Below are positions 36,336-45,268 of a DNA stretch of 64,000 nt, piece by piece. The stretch lies in assembly GCA_963555985.3 (NCBI GenBank), contig OY820591.1, positions 512,001-576,000 of the forward strand. Direction: 5' to 3'. A program made the translations under genes and the position numbers. The stretch comes from Dehalococcoidia bacterium (GTDB lineage: Bacteria > Chloroflexota > Dehalococcoidia > Bin125). Position 1 is the first letter of the stretch; each line of letters begins with the position of its first letter. A model generated the notes under the pieces. It made no database searches. It was not told the origin of the DNA and saw only the letters and a list, made by a program, of their open reading frames with translations.

Positions 36336-37879
36336 GATCCGCCCCAGTTCGTTGCACAGTTCCTCTCTGCACGGCGAGGATAGGAAGTTGCACAGGGGAT
36401 TTGTTGTATTGGCGCTGACCGACGCACGGGTTTCAGCCCTCCATGCTCGCGTGTCCACCAGTAGATGCATTTCCGGATCTCTTGTCGGCCGAAGCGGCCC
36501 ATCTGCTGGCTGGCGTTGCCTTTGCCGCGCGGCAGTACCTCGATCCGATCGCAGCGGAAGCCGGCCTGCTCCGCGAAATCGGAGAGGATCAGATCGACCG
36601 GCACTTCTTCGCCGTGGTAGCGCACGTTGTCGTTGACCATCACGACCCCGCCGCCAGGTCGCACGATCCGCCCGAGCTCGGCGATGATCACGGCCATTTC
36701 GAAGAAATAGCCTTCGAGCAGGCGAATCACGTGCCGATTGCCCAACTCGTTGGCCACGTTCCGCAGGATCTCCAAGACTTCGTGGAGTGCGCCCTGCTGG
36801 TCGTACATGTTTGTCGCGGACGCGATCGTCGGCCCGTTGTCGTATTGCGCCCACAATGACTCGCGCTTGGACTGATTTTCGACGGTCGCGGACAGCATCC
36901 GTTGCCGGAGGGCGGAGAATTGCGCCTGGTCATAACCAAGCCATGCGAGTTCGAGCGCGTAGGTGCGGGTGTAGTCGTAGCGGTTGGCGTACGGCGGCGA
37001 GGTCATCACCAGATCGCGCGAGTGCTCGTCCAGCTTCCTCAGCAGTTCGAGACTCGAACCCACGAGCAAGTCCGGGTTTCCCCCGCCGTACTGCTGTTTG
37101 AGTGGGATGATGTCCGCCGCGATTTCACCGAGCCGAACTTCCAGGGCATGGGCGAGCGGCGGGATTGGCCCCTTGTTGAGGCGCGCGCGCAGCGGTCGGC
37201 CGGAGCGATTGTCCCAGCGCAGATACTGGCCGTCTTTGCGCGTGTAGCTGACCTGTTCGAGCACGCTCAGGCAAGCGAGATCGAGCACCGAGCGGAGCTC
37301 AGGAGCCGTGACTGCGCTGATGTATTCGCGAGCGCGCGCCAGCGCTGTTTCCGTTTCCGCCGGAAAGGCGGATTCGGTGATGCGCACGTGCCGGAAGGCA
37401 TATTCCGGTCGAACCTGAGCGTCTGCATCAATATGCGCGAGTAAGCCGCGCGCGGCCTGCTCAAAGGCGTCACGTTCGAGATCGTTGGCGGTGTGCGCAA
37501 TCGCTCTGCCGGCCATGACCCCAACCGGACTGATCTCGATCCCGCTCCCGTCCAGCCCGCGGCCGGCGGCGATGAGCGGAACGGTGCCGAGTCCGGCGAA
37601 TGGATCGAGCACGGAATCGGGTTGCAGCGTGTCCAGACAGCGTTCGACCAGCGCGTGGGAAAAGCTCTCCTTGTACTTGAGCCAGCGAAAACCGGGCGCT
37701 GCTTTGTTGCCCTGGTAGGAGACCAGCTTGCGAGTCAACTCGGGATTGACTTGCAGCCGGGAGGCAAAGCGATCGTGCAGCCTGCGCCGCTCGGAAACCG
37801 GACCGCCATTGGGAGAGTCCGAGGGAGGCGCGCACTGGTCGCGCGGTATCGGGTCGATCAGGGTCTTCGATTCAGCCAT
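36287..37879 (-). CDS. Orphan site-specific DNA methyltransferase (SPPY type, likely m4C)
   Basis: RWLKYKESFS, VLDPFAGLGT, VMTSPPYANRYDY, KGNASQQMG; C-terminal run-on overlaps the LLM start. Confidence 0.88.
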   Translation of the reverse strand: MAESKTLIDPIPRDQCAPPSDSPNGGPVSERRRLHDRFASRLQVNPELTRKLVSYQGNKAAPGFRWLKYKESFSHALVERCLDTLQPDSVLDPFAGLGTVPLIAAGRGLDGSGIEISPVGVMAGRAIAHTANDLERDAFEQAARGLLAHIDADAQVRPEYAFRHVRITESAFPAETETALARAREYISAVTAPELRSVLDLACLSVLEQVSYTRKDGQYLRWDNRSGRPLRARLNKGPIPPLAHALEVRLGEIAADIIPLKQQYGGGNPDLLVGSSLELLRKLDEHSRDLVMTSPPYANRYDYTRTYALELAWLGYDQAQFSALRQRMLSATVENQSKRESLWAQYDNGPTIASATNMYDQQGALHEVLEILRNVANELGNRHVIRLLEGYFFEMAVIIAELGRIVRPGGGVVMVNDNVRYHGEEVPVDLILSDFAEQAGFRCDRIEVLPRGKGNASQQMGRFGRQEIRKCIYWWTREHGGLKPVRRSAPIQQIPCATSYPRRAERNCATNWGGSCSNWRSFTTARQTCR

Positions 37880-37920
37880 GCAGAGAGCATAGACGACACA
37901 GAACGTGCGTACGCGAGAAT

Positions 37921-39141
37921 TTAGCCGTTGTCGTAACCGTCCGTAATCGGACGATCCGTCCGCTGCCCCGACTGACCGTCGGGCGCAAAGTCGTCCACCG
38001 TCGCTCCGAGCTCCTCCCGCGATCGCGGCGGCGGGATCTCCTGCGCGCCCTCGACGCTGCTGGCCAGATGCAGCGTCCGTGTCGGGAAGGCGAACTCCAC
38101 CTGCAACTCGTTCGCCAGACGGATGATGTTGAGGTTGAAGATGTGCCGCGTGCGCAGCTCTTCGTTCCAGTCGGCGGCGCCGATGAAGGTGTAGACCATG
38201 ATGTTGAGGGCGGAGTCGCCGAAGCTGTGCAGTTCGACGATGTAGTAGTCGTGGCGCATGTCCTGGTTGGCGCGGACAATGGCGCGGATGCCTTCGACGA
38301 ACGCCTGAATCCGATCCGGATCGGTGTGATAGGCGATGCCCACGGTCGTGGAGTAGCGCCGCCAGGTACGGCGGCCCATGTTGTTGACCGAGGTGTCGGT
38401 CATGCGCGCGTTGGGCACGGTGATCAGCGAATCCGCGAAGGTACGGATGCGGGTGGAGCGGAAACCGACCTGCTCCACCGTGCCCTCGATATCGCCCACG
38501 ATCACCCAGTCGCCCACCTGGAAGGGTTTGTCCGCCAGGATCGTCGCGCCGCCGAGCAGGTTCTTGATCGTGTCCTGCGCCGCCAGCGCGACCGCCAGAC
38601 CGCCCAGTCCCAGACCGGCGATCAGCGAGGTGATGTTGATATCGAGGTTTTGCAGGACGAAGATCGCGCCGATCGCGCCGACGAAAATCTTGCCCGCCGT
38701 GCGCGCCAGCGGTACGAGCTGATCGTCAAGCTTGGAGTCGCTCTCCTCCGCGATCACCGCCCAGTAGTCGGCGGCGACATCCACGATCCGGAACCCGACC
38801 AGCACGCCCGCAAGCGTCGCCGCCATCCGCGCGAAGATGCCGACCACTTGCTCGACATCCGTGTCGAAATCGAGGACGGGAAAGCCGATCAGCAGCGTCA
38901 GCGCGGCGACCAGCAGGAGCAGCGGACGTTCGAGCCGGCGCAGTTCGCCGCGCCAGAATTCGCGGCGAGCGGGATCGGTGCGGCGTTGGAGCGCGGCCCA
39001 GGCGATCCAGATCAGCGCGTAGCGCAGCAGGAAGATGATGACCGCCAGCGCGCCGAGGCCGATGAATTGCCAGACCTCGATCCCGATCGCCGATTCGTGC
39101 AGCCAACTGAAGATGAGATTAGGAGCCAGCGTCATCAGCAC
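37921..39141 (-). CDS. mscS: Small-conductance mechanosensitive channel family protein
   Basis: GLGLGGLAVALAAQDT, DKPFQVGDW, GFRSTRIRT, TVPN, FAFPT. Confidence 0.93.
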   Translation of the reverse strand: MLMTLAPNLIFSWLHESAIGIEVWQFIGLGALAVIIFLLRYALIWIAWAALQRRTDPARREFWRGELRRLERPLLLLVAALTLLIGFPVLDFDTDVEQVVGIFARMAATLAGVLVGFRIVDVAADYWAVIAEESDSKLDDQLVPLARTAGKIFVGAIGAIFVLQNLDINITSLIAGLGLGGLAVALAAQDTIKNLLGGATILADKPFQVGDWVIVGDIEGTVEQVGFRSTRIRTFADSLITVPNARMTDTSVNNMGRRTWRRYSTTVGIAYHTDPDRIQAFVEGIRAIVRANQDMRHDYYIVELHSFGDSALNIMVYTFIGAADWNEELRTRHIFNLNIIRLANELQVEFAFPTRTLHLASSVEGAQEIPPPRSREELGATVDDFAPDGQSGQRTDRPITDGYDNG

Positions 39142-39187
39142 AATCCCACTGTTCCTCCATGCAGAGACCGGCGCCTCACCCCCACCT

Positions 39188-39286
39188 CGTCATTGCCGCG
39201 CTCCGCCGCGGCAATCTCGCCGTGAGCAGCACCGACCCTCCGCGCTCGGCTCGGCGAGATACCCGCGGCAAGCGCGGGTATGACGG
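39188..39286. repeat. CGTC-tagged REP doublet, family B
   Basis: cgtcattgccgcgctccgccgcggcaatctcgc...gcgagatacccgcggcaagcgcgggtatgacgg. Confidence 0.85.
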
Positions 39287-39335
39287 TGATGCATCAATCT
39301 CTCGCAGGGGGAACAGAGGAATCTGTAACGCCCTG

Positions 39336-39539
39336 CTAGGCGGTGGAGGGGTTGTGCTCAAAGCCGCAGGCCTTGTGCGAGCCGTCGCAGAACGGCTTCA
39401 TGTCCGAGTTGCCGCAGCGGCAGAGCGCGGCCATCGTCCCCTTCGGCGTGGGGATCGTCGAGCCGTCGTTCGCTTTCAGGGTCAGGCCCTCGGTCGAGAT
39501 CAGGATCGGCCCGTTCGCGTTGATCGTGATTTCCGCCAT
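39336..39539 (-). CDS. CDGSH iron-sulfur domain protein
   Basis: NGPIL...ALCRCGNSDMKPFCDGSH; SD ggag. Confidence 0.92.
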   Translation of the reverse strand: MAEITINANGPILISTEGLTLKANDGSTIPTPKGTMAALCRCGNSDMKPFCDGSHKACGFEHNPSTA

Positions 39540-39645
39540 GCCACTCTCCGATGCGCTGGGTGGGTGCTCTGAATGACTGGTAGTCACGGCTAGCATAACC
39601 GCCACAAGACATCTGTACCCTCACCTGCCGACAGGAGCGTCACCC

Positions 39646-40572
39646 ATGCGGCTGACCGCTGACTTTCCCTCCGTCGTCCACCGCAACGGCCCGGCCGAGA
39701 TTTCACGGTTGGCCAAGGCGATCGAAGAGATTGGCTACGACGAGATCGACATGTTCGATCATGTCGTGATGGGCCATCCCCAGCCGGACCGGGAGTCCGG
39801 GCCCTACCCGTCCAACATGCCGATCCTGGAAGCACTGGTCACGCTCGGCTACATCGCTGCGGTGACCGAGCGGGTCGGCTTGGGCACGGAGGTCCTGGTT
39901 CTGCCTCAGCGACAGCCCGTCCTGGTCGCCAAGCAGTTCAGCACGCTGGACACGCTCTCCGGCGGGCGACTGCGCGTGGGCGTGGGCGTCGGCTGGCAGG
40001 AGTCGGAATATGAGGCGCTGGGCATGGACTATCACACGCGCGGGGCCGCAATGGACGAGGCGATCGCGCTGATGAAAGCGTGCTGGACTGATTCCTCGAT
40101 CGACTTCGAAGGTGAGCACTTCGTCTCCAATGCGATGGCGATGGAACCCAAGCCGCTGCAAACAGTTGAGGGCAGAGAGATTCCGATCTGGATCGGCGGC
40201 GGTTCGAAGGCCGCTCTGCGCCGCACCGGACGGGTCGGCGACGGCTGGATGGCCTCCGGCGTGTTGGGCGATGCGGCCGTCGAGGCGATCAGCGTGATCA
40301 AGCAAGAGGCGGAGAAGGCCGGCCGCGACCCCGGTGCGCTCGAATTCCAGTGCCAGCTCGCGATGCCGCCGCGCGCCGGCGATGCGTCGACCCGCGACTT
40401 TTGGGCCCGGCCTGCGGATGTCGCGGCCACGGCTGCGGGCGCGCAGGAAGCGGGCTTTGGCTGGGCGGCGATCAATGTGACTGGCATCTTCGTCGCCGGG
40501 GCTCGCTCGATCGATGCGATGATCGAGCAGCTCGGCCTCCTGCATGACGCCATCCGCGCTGAGACGGGCTAG
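39646..40572 (+). CDS. LLM-class probable F420-dependent oxidoreductase
   Basis: MFDHVV, LGTEVLVLPQRQP, LSGGRLRVGVGVGW, PIWIGG, GDGW. Confidence 0.9.
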   Translation: MRLTADFPSVVHRNGPAEISRLAKAIEEIGYDEIDMFDHVVMGHPQPDRESGPYPSNMPILEALVTLGYIAAVTERVGLGTEVLVLPQRQPVLVAKQFSTLDTLSGGRLRVGVGVGWQESEYEALGMDYHTRGAAMDEAIALMKACWTDSSIDFEGEHFVSNAMAMEPKPLQTVEGREIPIWIGGGSKAALRRTGRVGDGWMASGVLGDAAVEAISVIKQEAEKAGRDPGALEFQCQLAMPPRAGDASTRDFWARPADVAATAAGAQEAGFGWAAINVTGIFVAGARSIDAMIEQLGLLHDAIRAETG

Positions 40573-40590
40573 AAGTCTGGACTGACGACC

Positions 40591-42021
40591 GTGCGCCGGC
40601 GCTGGCTCTCCATCTTCGTTGTCCTTCTCAGCTGCGGCATGATCCTGGCGATCGACGCCCGTGCCCAGAACGGCGATGACGAACCGCCCCTCGTCCTCGT
40701 CATGGACATCGACGGAGCGATCGAGCCGATCACCGAGCGTTACCTCAAGCGCGTGCTGGACAAAGCCGCCTCCCGCGACGCCGATGCGGTCGTGCTCCGG
40801 ATCGACACTCCGGGCGGGCTGATTACCTCGATGCGGAATCTTGCGGAGCAGCTGCTCAACACGCCGACTCCGACCATCGCCTACGTCCATCCCGCCGGCG
40901 CGCAGGCGGCTTCGGCCGGCACGATCGTGACGATCGCCGCCCATATCGCGGCCATGGCCCCGGCGACCAACATCGGCGCGGCCGCGCCCGTCTCCGGTAG
41001 CGGTGAAGACCTGCCGCCGACCTTGCGCCAGAAGGTGGACGAGGACATCACCGCGCTGATCCGCAGCATCGCCGCCCTGCGCGGGCGCAACTATGAAGCC
41101 ATCGAAGCGACCGTGCTCGTGGCCAAGGCCTACACCGCCGACGAGGCGCTGGAACTTGATGTCGTTGACTACGTGGTCACCGATCTCGACTCGCTCCTGA
41201 CCCGGATCGACGGCACGACGATCGACACGATTGACGGCCCGCACACGCTGCGAACTGCGGGAGCGCGGGTGGACGAGATCGGGCGCTCGCTGCTTGAGCG
41301 TTTTCTCGACATCCTCACCAATCCCAATGTCACCTACGCCCTGATCCTGCTCGGCACCTACGGCGTGATCTTCGAGATTCGCGATCCGGGCAATTTCGGG
41401 CCGGGCGTGCTTGGCGTCTTGGGTTTGGTGCTCGGTTTCTCCGGGATCGGGCTGCTGCCCGTCAACCTCACCGGCGTCGCGCTGATCGTCGCCGGAATTG
41501 TGCTCCTGCTGATCGAATCGCAGCTCGACGGCTTCGGCTGGGCCGGGATCGGCGCGGTGATCTGCTGGATCTTCGCCGGGTTCCTGCTCTTCGGCGAGAT
41601 CTTCCCGGAGCCGACCGCACTTGATGATCCGCTCGAGATCTCGCGTTGGGTGCTGGTGCTCTTCGCGGCTGTCACCGCCTCCGTGATCGCGCTCTTCTGG
41701 ATTCTCGGACGCGGCGGCGGCAAGTCGGAAGGGTTCATCCCTGAACACGAGCGGCGCCTGATCGCGCAGAGCGGGATGGTCGTGGATATTCTCAATCCCA
41801 GCGGCGAAATTCTGGTCGGCGACGAACAGTGGACGGCTATGACCGAAGGCGGCGACATCCCAGTCGGATCAGCGGTCGTGGTCACCGGCGTCTATGCCGG
41901 CGACGTACTCAAGGTCGTCCGGCCTGAAGATGTTCCACCGCCGCCAGTCGCGCGTCGATGGCGAGACCGCTTGGCGCGACTCTCGCTGGCAAGTCTGCTC
42001 AGAACACGAAGGGACGAATGA
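40591..42021 (+). CDS. nfeD: NfeD long form (ClpP-like serine protease, TM region, OB domain)
   Basis: IDTPGG, AASAG, MAPATNIGAAAP, C-terminal LNPSGEILVGDEQWTA. Confidence 0.92.
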   Translation: MRRRWLSIFVVLLSCGMILAIDARAQNGDDEPPLVLVMDIDGAIEPITERYLKRVLDKAASRDADAVVLRIDTPGGLITSMRNLAEQLLNTPTPTIAYVHPAGAQAASAGTIVTIAAHIAAMAPATNIGAAAPVSGSGEDLPPTLRQKVDEDITALIRSIAALRGRNYEAIEATVLVAKAYTADEALELDVVDYVVTDLDSLLTRIDGTTIDTIDGPHTLRTAGARVDEIGRSLLERFLDILTNPNVTYALILLGTYGVIFEIRDPGNFGPGVLGVLGLVLGFSGIGLLPVNLTGVALIVAGIVLLLIESQLDGFGWAGIGAVICWIFAGFLLFGEIFPEPTALDDPLEISRWVLVLFAAVTASVIALFWILGRGGGKSEGFIPEHERRLIAQSGMVVDILNPSGEILVGDEQWTAMTEGGDIPVGSAVVVTGVYAGDVLKVVRPEDVPPPPVARRWRDRLARLSLASLLRTRRDE

Positions 42022-42022
42022 C

Positions 42023-43396
42023 ATGGGCGTGATTCAGACAGTTGGCCCCAACGAGGCGCTGGTGCGATCCGGCGGCGGCGAACAGCCGAAAGTGGTCGTC
42101 GGCGGACGCACGATCGTGCTCCCCATCTTTCATCGCTCGCAGCGGCTGCCGCTGAGCGTGATGACGCTCCATGTGAAGACCGAGAACGTCTACACGGGCG
42201 AGGGCGTCGCGGTCTCGGTGGACGGCGTGGCGCAAGTCAAGGTCGCCCGCTCCGAAGAGGCGATCCGCACCGCCGCGCAGCAGTTCCTCGGCAAGACTGA
42301 GATCGAAGTGATGGATGTTCCCCTCCAAACCCTGGAGGGTCACCAGCGCGCGATCTTGGGCACGATGACGATGGAAGACATCTATCAGGATCGGGAGAAG
42401 TTCGCCGCCCAGGTGCGCACGGTCGCTTCGCCCGACCTGGCCGGGATGGGACTGGAGATCGTCTCCTTCACGATCCGCGACATTAAGGATCCGGGCGGCT
42501 ATCTCGACGCGCTCGGTGTGCGCCGCACCGCCGAAGTCCGCCGCGACGCCACGATCGGGCAGGCCGAGGCGGAGCGCGACGCCGGGATCCGTTCCGCTCA
42601 GGCCCTGCGCGAGCAGGAGGCCGCCCGCTACGAGGCTGATACCCGCATCGCCGAGTCGGAACGCGACTACAACGTCCAGAAAGCCTCCTACGACCAGGAG
42701 GTCAACGCGCGCCGCGCCGAAGCCGAGCTCGCCGACGAACTCCAGCGCGCCAAGACGCAGCAGGAGATCCGCCGCGAAGAGGTCGAGATCGACGTCGTGG
42801 AGCGGGCCAAGCAGATCGAGCTCCAGGAGCAGGAGATCCAGCGCCGCGAGCGCGAGTTGGAAGCGACCGTGCGCAAGCCGGCTGAGGCTGAGAAGTACCG
42901 CCTCGAAACCATCGCCGAGGGCAACCGCAACGCCGTCGTCGCGCAGGCCACCGCCGACGCTGAGTCCACCCGCCGCCAGGGTGAGGCCGAAGCCGATGTG
43001 ATTCGGCTGACCGGTCAGGCCGAAGCGGAAGCGATCGAGGCCAAGGGCGCAGCCGAAGCCGCCGCCATGCAACTCAAGGCCGAAGCCTGGAAACAGTACG
43101 GCGAGGCGGCGGTCGTGCAGCAAGTGCTCGAAACCTTGCCCGCCGTCGCCGAGGCGGTCTCCAAGCCGCTCGCCCAGACCGATCGGATCGTGATGTTCGG
43201 CGGAGGCGGCGACGGCGGAGGCGGCGTCAGCAAGCTGACCAACGACATCACCCGCACCGTCGGCCAGGTGCCCGAAGTGATCGAGTCACTCACCGGCATC
43301 GACATCGTGGGCAGCATCAAGAACATCCCCGGCCTCGAAAGCTCCCGTCCGCCCCAACGGGACGAGGAAGAAAACGGCAACCCACCCGCCAACTAA
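42023..43396 (+). CDS. Flotillin-family SPFH protein
   Basis: GPNEALVRSG, VDGVAQVK, TLEGHQRAILG, EA-rich coiled coil, PAEAEKY. Confidence 0.93.
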   Translation: MGVIQTVGPNEALVRSGGGEQPKVVVGGRTIVLPIFHRSQRLPLSVMTLHVKTENVYTGEGVAVSVDGVAQVKVARSEEAIRTAAQQFLGKTEIEVMDVPLQTLEGHQRAILGTMTMEDIYQDREKFAAQVRTVASPDLAGMGLEIVSFTIRDIKDPGGYLDALGVRRTAEVRRDATIGQAEAERDAGIRSAQALREQEAARYEADTRIAESERDYNVQKASYDQEVNARRAEAELADELQRAKTQQEIRREEVEIDVVERAKQIELQEQEIQRRERELEATVRKPAEAEKYRLETIAEGNRNAVVAQATADAESTRRQGEAEADVIRLTGQAEAEAIEAKGAAEAAAMQLKAEAWKQYGEAAVVQQVLETLPAVAEAVSKPLAQTDRIVMFGGGGDGGGGVSKLTNDITRTVGQVPEVIESLTGIDIVGSIKNIPGLESSRPPQRDEEENGNPPAN

Positions 43397-43419
43397 GAAA
43401 CCGCCTCCCAAACCCAATC

Positions 43420-43748
43420 CCCTCTCCCCCCGCAGTGCGGGGGGAGAGGTCGCGGAGCGACGGAGGGGGGTCCGCCCGCCTCCCAACCCAACTGTCGCCT
43501 CTGCAACACCGCGCCGACCCCAACCCCGACACCGAACGCCCGTCCGCATATCATTGCTCCCACGCAACCCCACGCCGGCAACCAACGAAACCCGCCATGA
43601 CCGCCGCAGCCCATCTGGACAAACCTGTACAAACCTGGAATTGCGCCCCAATTCCGCTCCAAGCAGCCCCAGATCAGGCAGAATCTAGCCAAATCTGGAC
43701 AAATCCGGACTACCTGCCGTCCAATTTCCCGCCCACAGCTGCAAATTC
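43420..43748 (+). repeat. ~330-bp non-coding element, copy 1 (family A hairpin plus C/A-rich body)
   Basis: Reverse complement of 51058-51391, sharing long identical blocks such as ccgcctcccaacccaactgtcgcctctgcaacaccgcgccgacc and aatctagccaaatctggacaaatccggactacctgccg. Confidence 0.9.
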
Positions 43749-43804
43749 GCCCCCCCTCGCTCGAAAATTCGCTGACCGACGAGACCCTGCCCTCCCAAAC
43801 GAGC

Positions 43805-45268
43805 TCAAGGCGAGTCCTTGAGCGTCTTCCAGGCGGATTCGAGCTGCGACATCTCCGCCCGTCCGGGCTCCCGGCCGCCGTAGCGGAAGGCGCTGAAGGC
43901 CTCCGAGATGCGGCCGGGGAGGGGGTCGTTGTAGGCGCGGCTGAGGGCGCCGGCGAACTGGAGCGGGGTGCGGTGGACGGCGCGGGTGGCGCCTCGGGAC
44001 TCGGCGTCGTCGAGCAGTTCGTAATACAGCGCGGCGATCGGCGCGTCGGGCGCGGTCTCGTCGCGCTCGCGCCGGAAGCGGGAACCCAGACCGCGCAGGC
44101 CCGCCATCAGATCGCCGAGCACATCGGCCTCGCTCCAGACCGACTCGCGCTCCTCGTCCCCGCTTGGCTCACGCCGCAGGAAGCGGCGGAAGAAGAGGAT
44201 CGCCAACCCTGTCAAAACCACCACCGCCGCAATCCCGCCCAGCACTCGCACGAGTACGATCCCCGCCGTCGGGTCGGGTTCGGCCTCTTCACTCTCAAGA
44301 TCCTCGGGCGGGAGCCCGATGCCCGCCTCGACCGTTTCGATCACCTCGGGCGGCTGCGTACCCAGGGCTTCCTTGATCTGTTCGACGAGCCAGAAGAGCG
44401 GCCAGAGGATGTACGAGATCGCCGTGATGATCGCGCGCAGGATCACGCCGAGCACGTCCAGCACCGGCTCCACTGCGCCGCTGCCCGCAATCAGGCCCAC
44501 GACTCCAGTGACCAGCAGCAGAAACAAGGTGATGCCGACCACCAGCGCGGCCAGCGTCGCCACGATCGAGAGTCCCGCCTGACCGATGCCCAGACCCTGC
44601 ACCTGATTGGGATTCGCCGCCTGCTTCAGCGCGATCGTGAACAGACCCACGACCACCCAAAGCAGCGCCAGCACGCGGTAGCTGTCTTCGATTCCGGCGT
44701 TGTCGATCAACGGGAAACTGACCGCCAGAACGAAGAAGCCCCAGATTGCATAGTTGGCGAAGTTGCGCTCCTCGATCTCGCTGCTGCCCAGGGCCACCCC
44801 GCGAAACCAGATCGGAATCAAGATCACGCCGGCGATCAGTTGATCGATCTGGCCAACTACTGGCAGCCCGCTCTCATCGATGCCGTCCTCGCGCCAGACG
44901 CCGCTGCTGGGCGAGCCGAGGTCAAGCAGCCAGGACATGTCCCAGATTCGCGCCGATTCGGAGAGATCGGCTGCGCCGATGATCTGGAGCGAGATCAGAG
45001 TGACCAGAATTCCACGCCAGACTCGCTGCCTGCCGCTCAGTTCAGGGTTGGCCAACCAGCGCGAGACCGCGAAACCCAAGACGAGCGTCCCGCCCACTGC
45101 CCAGACACTCAGGGTCTCTCCGTCAGCGCCGCCGCCCAACAGACGCGGAAGCAGCTTCGCCAGCAGGATCAGCAGCACCGCCTCGCCGAGCAGGAGCGAA
45201 GCGATGTAGGCCGCCTGCATTCGCCGTTGAGGAGCGGCACTGGTCAGCGGCGCCGTCAGCGCGGACAT
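43805..45268 (-). CDS. Multi-pass membrane protein with C-terminal DUF4129
   Basis: Many TMs; C-terminal ALYYELL...RTPLQFA...ISEAFSAFRYG. Confidence 0.8.
   Translation of the reverse strand: MSALTAPLTSAAPQRRMQAAYIASLLLGEAVLLILLAKLLPRLLGGGADGETLSVWAVGGTLVLGFAVSRWLANPELSGRQRVWRGILVTLISLQIIGAADLSESARIWDMSWLLDLGSPSSGVWREDGIDESGLPVVGQIDQLIAGVILIPIWFRGVALGSSEIEERNFANYAIWGFFVLAVSFPLIDNAGIEDSYRVLALLWVVVGLFTIALKQAANPNQVQGLGIGQAGLSIVATLAALVVGITLFLLLVTGVVGLIAGSGAVEPVLDVLGVILRAIITAISYILWPLFWLVEQIKEALGTQPPEVIETVEAGIGLPPEDLESEEAEPDPTAGIVLVRVLGGIAAVVVLTGLAILFFRRFLRREPSGDEERESVWSEADVLGDLMAGLRGLGSRFRRERDETAPDAPIAALYYELLDDAESRGATRAVHRTPLQFAGALSRAYNDPLPGRISEAFSAFRYGGREPGRAEMSQLESAWKTLKDSP

Noticed and set aside
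36336-36854. N-terminal extension of the 639-aa LLM ORF (possible MTase-LLM fusion)
   Set aside because: It overlaps the MTase in another frame and is Arg-rich with no family signal; LLM homology starts at 36335.
43435-43821. Small ORFs inside the 330-bp element (also 50981-51352)
   Set aside because: Indels between the two copies break frame conservation, so the element is treated as non-coding.
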